NCBI RefSeq assembly: GCF_006345805.1
Contig: NW_021833789.1
Coordinates: 1-57,359, forward strand
DNA: 57,359 bases
From: Octopus sinensis
Lineage: Eukaryota
Direction: 5' to 3'
The number at the start of each line of letters is the position of its first letter. Positions within the stretch are counted from its first letter, which is position 1. The notes under the pieces were generated by a model that saw only the letters and a list, made by a program, of their open reading frames with translations, ran no database searches and was not told where the DNA came from. The position numbers and the translations under genes were made by a program. This document shows, piece by piece, positions 12,596-30,598 of the stretch.

Positions 12596-13083
12596 ATGAA
12601 AAATACAAAATGGGACAAGAACGCAAAACATCCAGACAGTTAGGTGATACAAAAAAGGGACGACAAAACATTCAGAAGATACAAAGAAAACAAGGAGGGG
12701 TCATTCGGAGTTTTCTTTCCTTAGTAGAGTACCAGATTATCTTTGCAATTTCGGCTGGTTACACTCGAGATTGCTCCAATCTGGCCAGCCCCAAGGAAAA
12801 ACTAAGCTAAGAGCATTAGATTCCTTGGAAGAAAGCAGCGAATGTATACGAAAACAATGACGGAAAAAACGGAGAAAGTTACACAAATACAAATAACAGG
12901 ACATAACAACTGGTGTCTTTCGACTAAGGACGAATTAAATTAAGCTGGCGTGTGTGGAAGTAAAGCCTTACGGCAGGGATACAAGGTTTAACAGGGACAG
13001 GGACGAATATAGATATTGCACGGATGGTAGTCGAACCAAGAAAGAAAGATCAGGTTTGGCCGAATACCGGTCACGTGGGGAGA
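12596..13083 (-). repeat. Dispersed ~500-bp repeat (class uncertain, possibly Penelope-derived); inverted partner at 39070-39575
   Basis: Reverse complement aligns end to end with 39070-39575 (shared CACGTGACCGGT.TTCGGCCAAACCTGA, CCGTAAGGCTTTACTTCCACACACGCCAG, TTTTTCCTTGGGGCTGGCCAGATTG). Confidence 0.8.
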
Positions 13084-13094
13084 GAAGAGAGAGA

Positions 13095-13224
13095 GAGGTA
13101 GACTTTGCCTTTCATCAATTACGAGGTCGATAAATCAAGTACCAGTTGAGTACTGGGGTCGATGTGATCGATTATACCCCTCCCTCCCCACAAAATCCAG
13201 GCCTTGTGCCTATAGTAGAAAAGA

Positions 13225-13226
<2 letters not shown>
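13095..13226 (+). mobile_element. SINE family B, 3' part with tail type 2
   Basis: GACTTTGCCTTTCATC..GAGGTCGATAAA..AGTACCAG..GGCCTTGTGCCTATAGTAGAAAAGAT followed by (TTA)n. Confidence 0.8.
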
Positions 13227-13296
<70 letters not shown>

Positions 13297-13315
13297 CATC
13301 ATTGTTATTATTATT

Positions 13316-13580
13316 ATCCTCTCTATCACAAGTTTTGTTGGCGTTCCTGGAGGCTTACTACCTCTAATCTACGGTACAATGCTATTCGTTCTTTTCAGCA
13401 AATACTTTCCTGATTATTTTGGTCGTGCCAAAGAGGCAATCTTTTTGTAACAGTTCTACTGGAAACCCTATTCCAATTTCATTTATATTCCCCTTCATAC
13501 ATTCTGATACTGCTCCCAAGGACCCAACCATAGTTGGCACTATCTCCACGTCATTTTCCATAGCCGGGCTATTTCGTACC
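13316..13580 (-). mobile_element. R4/Dong-clade 3' fragment (end of the restriction-like endonuclease), followed by (AAT)n
   Basis: Minus-strand translation YEIARLWK..VEIVPTMVGSLGAVSECMKGNINEIGIGFPVELLQKDCLFGTTKIIRKVF; flanked by (AAT)n and (GAA)n/(AAT)n. Confidence 0.8.
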
Positions 13581-14037
13581 TTCTTCTTCTTCTTCTTCTT
13601 CTTCTTCTTCTTCTTCTTCTTCTTCTTCTTCTTCTCTTCTTTTCTTTTCTTCTTCTTCTTCTTCGTCTTTATTATTATTATATTATTATTATTATTATAT
13701 TATTATTATTATTATTATTAAAACGAGCCCTTGTGGCTAATAAAAGAATAAATTATTATTATTATTATTATTATTATTCAACATTATGCAGAGCTCGAAG
13801 CCATCTGTAATAAGAAGAGATTGAATCTATTTATTGAACTGGTCGAATTGAACAATATTTTGGCAGAAGAAGAATGACTTCAAAGAACAATGTGCAAGCG
13901 GGAACCTTTCTACTAGTGCACCAGTCTTAAAGAAGGGACTCATTCAGCCGTACACAATAGTATCAGAGCGGGGCAAATAGCGATTAAAATCTGGTAGAAA
14001 CAATTAGTATATACTTAAACAATGAGTATAAGCATAA

Positions 14038-14652
14038 AGGCGGGGGAAGCTGGCAGAAACGTTAGTACGTCGGGCGAAATGCTTAGCGGCATTTCATCCG
14101 CCGCTGCTTTATGAGTTCAAATTCCGCCGAAGTCGACTTTGCCTTTCATCCTTTCGGGGTCGATAATTAAGTACCAGTTACACACTGGGATCGTTATAAT
14201 CGACTCAATCCTTTTGTCTGTCCTTGTTTGTCCCCTCTGTGTTTAGCCCCTTGTGGGTAGTAAAGAAATAGGTATTTCGTCAGTCTTTATGTTCTAAGTT
14301 CGCCGAGGTCAACTTTACCTTTCATCCTTTCGGGGTCGATAAATTTAGTACCAGTAACGCACTGGGATCGTTAAAATCGACTCAATCCGTTTGTTTGTCC
14401 TTGTTTGTCCCCTCTGTGTGTAGCCCCTTGTGGGCAGTACAGAAATAAGAAACGTTAGCACGCCGGGCGAAATGCTCATCGGTATTTCGTCTCTTTTTAC
14501 GCTCTGAGTTCAAATTCCGACGAGGTCGAATTTGCCTTTCATCCTTTTGGGGTCGATAAATTAAGTGCTAGGTGCGTACTGGAGTCAATCTAATCGATTG
14601 GCCCTCCCCCTTCCCCGAAAATTTAGGTCCTTGTGCCTAGAGTAGAAAAGAA
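14038..14652 (+). mobile_element. SINE family B head-to-tail trimer
   Basis: tRNA-like head GGCGGGGGAAGCTGGCAGAAACGTTAG..GAGTTCAAATTCCGCC; body GCCTTTCATCCTTTCGGGGTCGATAA repeated three times; tails 1, 1, 2. Confidence 0.88.
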
Positions 14653-15127
14653 TAAATACGGGGATGAATTTGTTGAGCTCTTCCCTTCAGCATAACGCTA
14701 AACACTTACCCAAAGTGGAACGTAGACGAATGGAACTCGAGATCATGCGGTTACAAAGCAAACTCCTTAACCACGAAGCTATCGTTGCCTTTATACGTGT
14801 AACCAGTTTCAAGATAGCAAAACTGTAAGGAAAGCAAAATTATATTTTCTTCAAACAAAATAAAAAGACTCGGTTTCCTTTGGCCATTCTTCATAGATTG
14901 TTTATAACGTGCTTTTGTGATGTATGTGTATTTCAGTCATATAATTCTGCATATGCGTGTGTATGTGCATGCACTTGCATTATACACATATGCAGGAGTA
15001 TGTGTGAGTATGTGTGGTGGGTCGTTATGTGCGTACAGCAAGTGCGTGTTGAGGTGGGTATTCATATGTAGATATATAGTTGTAAGTTGACGTGTGTGTT
15101 TGTGTACACAAGGAGACACATATACAA

Positions 15128-15159
<32 letters not shown>

Positions 15160-15279
15160 GTATATATATATATTTGTGTGTGTGTGACTGTGTATATGTT
15201 CAATGTACACATGAGTGCTGTATGTGTACATGTGTGTGTACTTGAAATACAGGTGTTTGAATTCGTGTATATATATATA

Positions 15280-15332
<53 letters not shown>

Positions 15333-15437
15333 TATATATATATATAAGGGGTGTGTGGGTATACAAATGCTCATACAGAAAACTATATCATGTACATATA
15401 CATACGTACATTCATACACGCACACACGCAAACGCAA

Positions 15438-15473
<36 letters not shown>

Positions 15474-16035
15474 GTATATATGTGCACACAGACATACACA
15501 CACATGCACATATACAGGTGCATATACATAGATATATATACATACAAATATGTATGTATATGTTTTTATGTACATCTATGCGACTAGGTGTACGTTGAGC
15601 TAAGATCACCGGAAGAGATTAGTGAAGTGTGTTTAAGTGTTGGATCACATCAGAAGATCTTAAGACACAGTTAAAGACTGATCAGATATCAATCAGATCA
15701 GCTTAATCGAACACAATCTTGTTCTATACACAGGACTGCCTGATTGTCAGCAGAGACACAGAGCACTTGTAGTGCATGAGGATACACACACACACACACA
15801 TATACATACATACACACACACACAGAGACACACAAGGCAATGCTCACAGACACACATACACGTGCACAAAAACACACAAACGTTCACAAACACTCACAAA
15901 CACACAACACACATGCTCACACACAACGACAATGGAAACACTCGCATAAACATCTACAGGCACACACACACACACAAACATCTACACATACATACATACA
16001 TACATACATACACACACACACAAACACTCACACAC

Positions 16036-16081
<46 letters not shown>

Positions 16082-16239
16082 ATCGATACAAAAATGTGCT
16101 TGCACACACACATACGCATATACGCAAGTAATACTTTCACTCACAGACACAACTACATACAGAAATACACAGAAACAAAACAAATACGGACACGCACAGA
16201 TGTTTCTAAAGTTGGACACACAGACACACAGAAACGCAG

Positions 16240-16289
<50 letters not shown>

Positions 16290-16897
16290 ACACACTCACC
16301 CCCACACACACACTCAAATTTGGAGACATGCACACTTCAGTCGGCTTCGGTAAAGCATTCATAAACGTTTCCGCCTTTGCAGGGAACAAATCTGGAAGCT
16401 TTCATGTTCTTAATAGTGTTGAGGTAGCCATAAGTAGATATCACGTGATCACGTAAAGAGGGGTCAGAATTGACCACCTTAAGCTTTGGCTTTATTTTGA
16501 TAATCCTAACGAGAGAAATCAGTGGCTTTGTTCTGGACAGGCTTTAGAACTTGTGGTGAAACAAGGGCGGTTTGAACTGAAGGTCATGTTGTGAGTTTGG
16601 TGGAATTTCGGCGAGGTGTTCCACTTCGAACTTGTCCCGGGTGGTCATGCTGAAAAGAACTGCAACGGGTATATAATGTTTTGAAGGCTTGCTACCCAGC
16701 TTTTATTTCTTTATTGCCCACAGGGGACTAAACGTAGAGGGGACAAACAAGGACAGACAATGGGTTTAAGCCGATTATCTCGACCCCAGTGGGTAACTGG
16801 TACTTATTCAATCGGCCCCGAAAGGATGAAAGGCAAACTCGACCTCGGCGGAATTTGAGCTCAGAACACAAAGACAGATGAAATACCTATTTCTTTA

Positions 16898-21359
<4,462 letters not shown>

Positions 21360-21371
<12 letters not shown>

Positions 21372-21558
21372 CTACCCACAAGGGGCTAAACACAGAGGAA
21401 ACAAACAAGGACAAACAAAGGGATTAAGTCGATTACATCGTCCCCAGTGCGTAACTGGTACTTATTTAATCGACACCGAAGGGATGAAAGTCAAAGTCGA
21501 CCTCAGCGAAATTTGAACTCAGAACGTAACGGCAGATGAAATACCGCTAAGCATTCAT
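21360..21558 (-). mobile_element. SINE-B with target-site duplication
   Basis: AACCAGCATTT at 21345-21355 and 21562-21572. Confidence 0.8.
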
Positions 21559-21589
21559 TTCAACCAGCATTTATAACCCTTGGCGGTTT

Positions 21590-21950
21590 TTATTCAATAA
21601 ATTTCTTAATAACTTCATAGACAAGCAGAAAAAGAAGGGAGGAGGACCTCACTAAATGCTTCCACTTTTTATGCGTATAAAGCTGTTTCGTTTTAAATAT
21701 TCTCTTTGTCCTGTATTGCGTTGAGGTTTCTTCATTTTTGGAATGGCACGGTTGATATAATATGTTAATATTGTAGCTTCTTATTTTTATAGAATGTCTC
21801 CATTATCCAAGAGTGTGGAATTTTATCTAAAGCTTTTTGGTAATCAATCTCAACCAGGCTGAGCTATTTTCTCTTTTTACTGTCTTCAGTAATTGCTCGG
21901 TTCACCAGCAACTTCTTCCTATTCGCACACTACCTTTAATCCTGTCCTCT
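21590..21950 (-). mobile_element. R4/Dong-clade RT fragment (decayed)
   Basis: Minus-strand LLVNRAITEDSKKRK*LSLVEIDYQKALDKIPHSWIMET..IRIKSG..LFCL, matching the WIDY.KAFDSVPHSWI motif of this clade. Confidence 0.75.
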
Positions 21951-22116
21951 TCCTTCTCTCCACCGCCCCCACCCCCACACCCGATAAAATGAGCGGTTTG
22001 AAGAAATGTAGGTCTGTAGTGATTTTGTTTTACGAATAAATATCGATTTTTCCTCTCCGCTGATCCTTCACTTATTTATTCTAGTCTGTTTACTAATCCG
22101 TTAAATAATAATTATA

Positions 22117-22465
22117 CAGGGTGCAACAAAAACCTGGAATTCGTCATTCTTGATAAACGCTTCTTCAGGAAAGCGTAAGGTGTGTTCTACCGATCAAAAC
22201 CCTGAGGATAACTAAATAAACTAACACACACAAAATAAATAAAACCAAAAATTACAGAACATCAGCTTAATAAAGACACCATCCTTATCTTCACTTTTAT
22301 CTCACCAACTGTCGTCTGCTAATTGGTGGGTTTTTTCTTGACAAATCCTCTTGTACTTAAAACCCTAACAAGAAGATGAACGTTTGGCTCGGTAGAACAC
22401 ACCTTACGCTTTCCTGAAGAAGCGTTTGTCAAGAATGACGAATTCCAGGTTTTTGTTGCACCCTG
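22117..22465. mobile_element. Tc1/mariner-type MITE, 349 bp, ~77-bp TIRs, TA duplication
   Basis: TA|CAGGGTGCAACAAAAACCTGGAATTCG.. (22117-22193) and its reverse complement ending ..GCACCCTG|TA at 22465; one mismatch seen. Confidence 0.92.
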
Positions 22466-22859
22466 TATAAGACATATTAGGGTTTTCCAACACTACAAGC
22501 TGTACATTTCATAAAATAACCGTGATAGACATAACCTACATCCAATGCAGGGGTGATTACACTTTCTGGTGTTTCGGGGCTTTCAACCTCAAACACTCTG
22601 ATCAAGAAGACCCAGTAAGGTTTGGTGACACCCCGCCTTGTGTCCATTTAGCACTTTCCCCTTCGCTACACAATTAAATATCCTAATCTACACAGCTCAG
22701 GTCCTATATATATATTCACTAACGAATATAATATCAATCCAACTCATGCTCTTACATCGCGTTCACATCTGACACTATAACACTCTCACTCATGGACTAC
22801 CAATAGCACTCACACCAGGGATAGTCAATGTGCGTATGTGTGTATGCATGTGTGTATGC

Positions 22860-22890
<31 letters not shown>

Positions 22891-23076
22891 TGTATGTATG
22901 TATGTATGTATGTATGTATGTATGGGTATGTATGCAAGGGCATATTATGTATATATGTGTGTACGCATGATTTTTGCTTGTACTTATATTCACATGCATG
23001 TATATATGTAAATGTAAATATGTGTGACCGCGAGCGTACCGTTGGCGATTTTTTCCTCTGTCTTTCCTTCTCCTAT

Positions 23077-23111
23077 GTTTCCGACGAAGAGCTCCGCTCG
23101 AAACGTTAAAC
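23077..23111 (+). ncRNA. Degenerate minimal (dimer-type) hammerhead motif
   Basis: GTTT CCGACGA A GAGC TCC GCTC GAAA CGT T AAAC: stems I and II pair, palindromic ACGT stem III, core U4->C. Confidence 0.4.
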
Positions 23112-23605
23112 CCTCCTTCATTCCTGAGCGTCCAATAATACTATATTTGTTCCACGTCCTCGCGTTGTTGTGTGTTTTTGTGCTTTCTTGTGTGGATTAA
23201 CTATATATATATATATATGTATATATTGCTGTTGATCTGTCGTATGTCCAAATTTGGCAAAATGCATTTTTCTTTCTGTATTTAATTTTGCTTCCAAAAG
23301 CCGGTTCTTTAGGTCAAGCTATCGTATCTAACTGTTTCAGATGCCCAGATATGAAAAACTGTCAAAGTGTAGTACAACAGTTTAACATTATTTCAAAAGT
23401 GTAGTAAGTCCTACATATGTCAGTTTTGCAAAAGTATTTCTGACTGAAAATATCGTACATGCATGGAGTTATGATTTTATGTACCCAACAATCTGAAACT
23501 GTTGCTAATATAAAAAGAAATGGAATGGTGAAACTATTTTTTCTTTACCTGAAAAAGCAACATTTGGACTTACAACACTTTTGCATAATAACAACAATAT
23601 ATATA

Positions 23606-24005
23606 CAGGGCGAATGGAAAGTAACTTTCTATTTTAAAATACTTATAAATTATTTATTAATTGTAATTTTTACAAAAAAAAATTGGATATGAGAAGAAAC
23701 CTTTTAGTATGGGGTTTTATTTAAAATTGGATATGGGCACCAGATGTCGCCACCAGCTTTTTAAGTCTCCCAGGAATTGCATCAACTGATTGCACGAGGA
23801 ACTCCGATGTGATGGAAAGACTTATAACTTCTCGTATTCGCTCTTCAAGTTCTTCCAAAGTCTTTCGTTTGGTACGGCAGACTTGCTCCTTTAACCAACC
23901 TCAAAGAAAGAAGTCACAGGATGTTAAGTTGGGACTTCTGGCTGACCATTCATGCGGACAACAATGACACATCCATCTCCTGGGAAAGAGGGCATTCGGT
24001 CATTT
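23606..24005 (-). mobile_element. Tc1/mariner (rosa/DD41D-like) 3' relic
   Basis: Minus-strand EWSARSPNLTSCDFFL*GWLKEQV..KTLEELEERIREV; end TA|CAGGGCG at 23606. Confidence 0.7.
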
Positions 24006-24136
24006 GTGAATGATAAGAGCAATATAATTAAAGAATTCTCAAAAAAACAAATACAAAGAAAAAAATGAGAAAAAAATTACAATTAATAAATAATTTATAA
24101 GTATTTTAAAATAGGGAGCTGCACGTCAATTATCCT

Positions 24137-24222
<86 letters not shown>

Positions 24223-24504
24223 CATGCATATATGCATACACACGTGGTAAACAATGGGTATAACAGGAATCAAAGTGAGCAGACATGGAGGTAATTATGC
24301 AAATAAAAACATTAAATATAGCAACTGGGGTTTGATAGACATACATACATATGTGTGTGTGTATTTATACTATATATATACATATGTATATATATATATG
24401 TGTGTGTGTGTGTGGAAAAATATATAAAAAGTGGAAGAGAAATGGCTTCGTTTCATATAGTTTAATACGTCCACCTTCAATAAATTTTTGTCGAATGAAT
24501 CGAC

Positions 24505-25060
24505 AGCAGTACATTTTTTCTTGGTACCTGGTGCTTATCTTGTCGTTCTTTTTAACCGAACGACCAAGTTAAGGGGACGTAAATACACTAACACCGGTTT
24601 CCAAGCGATGGTGGTGTGGGGGAGGGGGGCCCAACACAAACACGAAGACACACAGATACACACATACAAATACGTAGACCTATACGTCGGGCTTCTTTTG
24701 GTTTCCGTCAACCAAATCCGCTCACAAGGCTTGGGTCGGCCCGGGGCTATTGTAGAACAGTGCTTCTCAAACTATCTGATGTACCGGCAGTTTTTTCCAG
24801 TGTGCCAGGGACCGGTAATATTTCTTAGTAATATTAATTTATACCGAAAACGATATATATATAATTACGGAGATGTACTTGTATAGCAAGTGACCTGATC
24901 TGAGATTGTGTGCTGGAACAGAAACAATTGCAGCATGGAAGGTGTTTATAAGCCATTTAAGAAACACACAAAAACCGTTAGATTCACTTCAACATTTGAA
25001 TTTAATTTGCCAAAATATTTTCGTCGATTCACATACCGCGACCTGTTCACTGACAAAATT
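24505..25060. mobile_element. SINE-A 3' part (minus strand) carrying a truncated hAT MITE from 24758
   Basis: ..GGGGCTATTGTAGAA|CAGTGCTTCTCAAACT..; same arrangement at 40060-40812. Confidence 0.8.
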
Positions 25061-25942
25061 CTGTGCTGCATCTCAGCATCTCAGCATCTCAGCATCTCAG
25101 AGATACAGCACCCTCCACACTGCAATTGTATATATATATATATAATATATATATATATACACGCGTATATTTGCATCAGGAAAAGACTCACACACATACA
25201 AAATCGCATACACAAGCAGATATAATCTTCTATGGTGACATTATGAATGCGTGTGTATAAGATGTTCTTACTGTGAGAAAGTCTTTCTACATCATCAAAA
25301 TATTGCGGAGTGTATAATATGACCACCTTGAAGTGATGTGTGTTTAAGTGACATGGAATAATAAACAGGCTGACAGAAAGACAGAAGGGACAGTGTATCC
25401 ATTGACGGAGGTACAGTGTATCTCTCCTGAAATGTCAAAAACGGAGCTAAAACATATACACCCGTTGTTGGAGTGGCAGGGTGGGTAGTGAGTGGAAAGG
25501 GGTCAAAAAGGATATGCGTATTCGTGTATTTATGTATGTATATTTGTGTGTTTGTGTGTGTATGTGTTTGTGTGCGCGCGTGTGTATAGGTATGCGTGTG
25601 TATGCGTAGACATAGATAAATAGATAGATAACTAGATAGATGACTAGATAGAGAGATAGAGAAATAGAAAGATAGATAGATAGATGGATTAATTGATTGA
25701 TTGCTTGCTAAGGAAGTAGATATCGAAAGATATGTAAGTATATATGTGTGTGTGCGCGCGCACGAGCTTGTCTGTGTGTCCGTGTGTGTGTGTACGCATA
25801 CATCTATGGCTGTATGTAAGAATATACGTGTGGGCGTGTGAGTGTGCCTGTGTGTGTATGTATGCATCTATGTGCATTTCTAAGTATGTATGCATTTATG
25901 TATATAGATGAATACATAAATATATATGTTTGTATATATATA

Positions 25943-26339
25943 CTAGCAGTATCGCCCGGCGTTGCTCGGGTTTGTAAGGGAAATAACTATATAAGCATTT
26001 TTAGAGAGTTATAGCCAAAAAATAGCAAAAAAATGCATTAAAAATGGAAAAAAAGTGATGGTAAATTTCTTTTTAATCGTTGACTCATCGTAGACATTTT
26101 TAGAGAGTTACTTCCCTTATAAAATAGCGGAAAAATGCATTAAAATGGAAAAAAATGATGGTAAATTATTTTTAAAATCGTAGACTCATCGTAGACGCGC
26201 GCTAATACCCAGAAGGGCTCGATATGAATCACGACTATAAGATACCCGCTTTTGGTTACACTGCACCGCAAAATGTGGGAGTAGTTAGGAATCTAAATCG
26301 TTGGAGACAGACACACAACTTGACTTTTATATATAAAGA
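25943..26339 (-). mobile_element. Non-autonomous Helitron
   Basis: Minus strand starts TC (26339) after A and ends CTAG (25943) before T; subterminal hairpin CCCG..CGGG (25955-25970); internal ~100-bp tandem duplication (25996-26195). Confidence 0.8.
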
Positions 26340-26342
26340 TAT

Positions 26343-26374
<32 letters not shown>

Positions 26375-26435
26375 CATATATACATATATATATACATGTG
26401 TATATACATATATACACATATATAGAGATACATAC

Positions 26436-26503
<68 letters not shown>

Positions 26504-26774
26504 TGTATATTTGTTATGTGTGTGTGTGTGCGCGTGCGTGCGTATATCTGTGTAATCCTCATGAGGGTGCTAGACTTTATTTAGAAACGGCCACTGTTCC
26601 GTGTCCAGTAGTTCAAAGAAAAGAGTCTACTTTCTTTCTACCCTTAGTCATCCGACGACCTTTTTTCTGGCTCCGATTTACGTTTTGTTTTTCAATACAG
26701 GTCCATGAATGATTTTTACTCTTAGACAAAAATCATCGCATCATACGGAGTATATACAACGGAGTATGATACAA

Positions 26775-27783
26775 AGATGCGAGCACTTAGTGTTGCATCA
26801 GTATTGAACGAAACTCCGCGCATAGCATTTGAAAGAGATCGAAAGAGGTGGAAATCCGTTGGTGCCAAATCAGGAGAGGAGGCGTGTGTGGCAGCACTTC
26901 CCAGCCATGTGTTGGAATGGCTTCCTTGGTCATATTGGCGATATGAGGGCGGGCGTTGTCGTGCAGCAGAAGAACTCAGTGCTGACGATTAGGTCTTTTC
27001 TCTTGAATAGCCGTGTTGAGTCGTTCCATCTGTTGAACATAGAGTTCCGCGCTGACCTTTTGGTTCCGTTCAAGGAATTCGTAATGGATAATCCCTTCCC
27101 AGTCCCACCATACACACATTATCGTTTTACGCGTAAGAAGATCTTGTTTTACGCGCAGTGTCGCTTGTTTACCGGGGCTAAGCCATTCCTTACGCTGCTT
27201 CATATTGATGTACAGGTACCATCTTTCGTCGCCAGCAACGATTCGGTAAAGAAATCGTTGTTTGTGTCCATGAGTTGAGCGGTGACGAGCAAGCAAACCA
27301 GCGAAGATTGTGGCTCGTTGAGTTTTGTTGTTGTCACTTAAAGCATGCTGAACCCACGCTCCATACTTCTGAACCTTTCACATCGAGTGAAGATGCTTCT
27401 CTATAGCAGTGTTGGAGCATTCCATTTTCTCTGCCAGTTCTCTTGTCATTTGATGAGAATTTTCGTGAAAAAGTTGGTTTAATTTTTGAACTTGGCAAAA
27501 GATACAAATATCACGAGCCGCTTTTGCGGCCTTAGAACCTTGATTAAAAGCAAAAAGAAGGTGTCGAAAATGCTCGTTTTCCTTAACTTGACAATCCATT
27601 TTAATGATCTGAAAATAAACGAAAATTAACTATAGTTAACTAAAAAAAAAAGCAAAAACAAAATAGATTCCAAAATGATTGAAAAATAGAATTCCCGAAA
27701 AATAATAGATTCCAAAATTTAAAAACGCAATAAATTCCAAAAATTTAAAAAAGAAAATGGCGGGAACTTAGTTGCCAACCCAA
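26775..27783 (-). mobile_element. Mariner transposon relic (D,D34D) with left TIR
   Basis: MDCQVKENEHFRHLL; RIVAGDERW..RKTIMCVWWDWEGIIHYEFL; LLHDNARPH; end TA|TTGGGTTGGCAACTAAGT at 27783. Confidence 0.9.
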
Positions 27784-27785
27784 TA

Positions 27786-27965
27786 AATAATGTACATTTG
27801 GGAGAAGCGTAGGAAGTCCAGAGATGAGATGATCAATTGTTACGCTGGCTGCCCCACAAAAGCGGTAGGCAGGATCGGCACAATTTTGGTAGTTTCTGGC
27901 AGGCAGACGCTGATCCTGACCTGCTGTAACGAGGCCCTGATACATCGTGTTTGTATTAAAATACC
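27786..27965 (-). mobile_element. R4/Dong-clade fragment (zinc-knuckle region), cut by the mariner insertion
   Basis: QGLVTAGQDQRLPARNYQ..ADPAYRFCGAASVTIDHLISGLPTLLPNVHYL (ORF 27745..27945). Confidence 0.75.
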
Positions 27966-28054
27966 CGGATGGCTGGCCCTTATAGGGGACTCAACGTTCG
28001 ATGCCTTATTTTTGCATCTATTTTGCAGCTCGGAAATTCAATTACAAAAGAAAT

Positions 28055-28092
28055 CATCATCATCATCATCATCATCATCGTCATCATCATCG

Positions 28093-28142
<50 letters not shown>

Positions 28143-28238
28143 GTCATCGTCTCATCATCATCATCATCATCATCGTCATCATCATCATTTTCATCATCAT
28201 CATCATCATCATCGTCATCGTCATCATCATCATCATCG

Positions 28239-28282
<44 letters not shown>

Positions 28283-28392
28283 GTCATCATCATCATCATC
28301 ATCATCATCATCGTCATCGTCATCATCATCATCAATCGTCATCGTCATCATCATCATCATCATCGTGATCATCATAATCATCATCATCACCG

Positions 28393-28439
<47 letters not shown>

Positions 28440-28440
28440 G

Positions 28441-28472
<32 letters not shown>

Positions 28473-29790
28473 GTCATCATCATCATTATCATCATCATCA
28501 TCATCATCGTTGTTGCTGTTGTCGCTGATATTGTTTTTTAGTATATTATTTTTATTCCTTCCCCTCCTACTTTTCAAACTCCTCCTCCTCCTCCTCATCA
28601 TCATCATCTTTATTATCATTGTTCTCGTCGTCGTCGTCATGAACATGCCCGCTGCGACCGCCGCCACTAAAAACCACCACCGCCACCACCACACTACCAC
28701 TCCCCCACACACACCAATCCCACCGCAATTGCCATTTACCATTATTAATATGAAACGTAATAAGACTTACTTTAAAATTAGAAATGTGTCAGGAATATAA
28801 AAAAAAAAGACCAGAAAAGCCAGAAAAGCAGTGGTCCTTGCAACAACAACAACAACAACAACAACACTAACACCACCGCCTCTAGCAATGGCAACGCAAC
28901 CACCACCACCACCACCACCACCATTACCACCACCATCAGCAACAGCAAAAAATAACACCATGGATACACACAATAAAGACAAAAATCAACTGTATTACCT
29001 ACAATAACAAACTCCCCACTATCACCGCCATAACGCCCTCCACCACCTCCACCACCAGCACCACCACCATCGCCATCACCAACAGCATCTTCACCAATAC
29101 CAACACCACCTCCACCACCACAACCATCACCAACACCACTTCCAGCATCTCCAACATCACCTCCACCACCACCTCCACCACCACCACCTCCTCCACCACC
29201 ACCACCACAGCCTTCACCAACACCACCACCAACACCATCTCCACCACGACCAAGACGACGACGACGACGACGACGACCACCACCACCACCACCAACACCA
29301 CCACCAACAACAACACCAGCAGAAGCATTTCAGAGAATTAGAAAAACATCACTGATAAAAACAATTCCGTCAGTACCACGGCGACGACGACGACCACCAC
29401 CACCATTCCAACCAGTACCATCACCCCCTACTACCACTACCCCACCATCACTACCACCACCACCACCACCAATACCATCAGTACAAACATCACCACTAAT
29501 ACTAAGGCCAGAACCACCACCACCACCACCACCACCGCCGCCACAGTTGCAACCATCAGCTTCGCCACCTTCCCCGTCAGCTTTAGCCTCGCCGCCGTCA
29601 CACAGACTGCAACCACACCACCACCACCACAACCACCAGAAATACCATCCACACTTCCACCACCACCACCACCACCACCACAGCTACCAACATGGCGAAA
29701 CAAAACAACAAATACAACAACAATAATTCCGAAAGCAGCACTAACACCCTAACCGCCACCACTAGGAACAACAACAACAACAACAACAAT
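28055..29790. repeat. (ATC)n tract (28055-28508) followed by (CCA)/(CAA) low-complexity DNA
   Basis: Direct reading. Confidence 0.92.
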
Positions 29791-30299
29791 GTGATAAAAT
29801 AAGCAAAAGAATATATTCTAAATGGGAAAGAAAGCTGAAAAGATCGTTTCTTGGCTGACCCCTAAATGTTATCAGCACTGACAAACTGGCAGTGCTAGCC
29901 CCTGGAGCTGTGGAGTAGAAATATGAGTTTAAAACATACATCACTCATTTGAAAATAAGGGTCAGAGGTGAGTGGAATAAGTCCTACTGCGTTGCTTAGT
30001 GAGAGAGTTTACTTCGACTTTGTCACAGAAATATGATAGAATGCTGAATCGACAGATTTTCCGTTGCTTCTTGAGTCTTTTCACTTTCTTTTCGCTTTTC
30101 TTTTCAGATTTTAGATTCTTCAAGAGAAATGGTAAGAGGTTTCTATCTTTATTTTATTCATTTATCTTTTTTTTACTTTTAGATTCTACTCCATTCGAAA
30201 GTCTTGGTGTTCGTTGCTCGCTTTTCTCTTTTCACTTATTAAACACACTGCTAAATTCCGGGCCTATATACATGGCTAGCCACATACATATATATATAT

Positions 30300-30500
30300 A
30301 TTCTTTTATTTATTTGTTTCAGTCATTTGACAGCGGCCATGCTGGAACACCGCCTCTAGTCGAACGAGTCGACCCCAAAACTTATTCTTTGTAAGCTTAG
30401 TACTTATTCTATCGGTTACTTCGCCGAATCGCTAAGTTACGGAGACGTAAACACACCAGTATCGGTTGTCAAGCGATGTTGGTGGAGACAAACATACACG

Positions 30501-30598
<98 letters not shown>

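Noticed and set aside
27790-28742. Poly-Ser/His/Ile/Asp/Met ORFs
   Set aside because: All frames of an (ATC)n tract.
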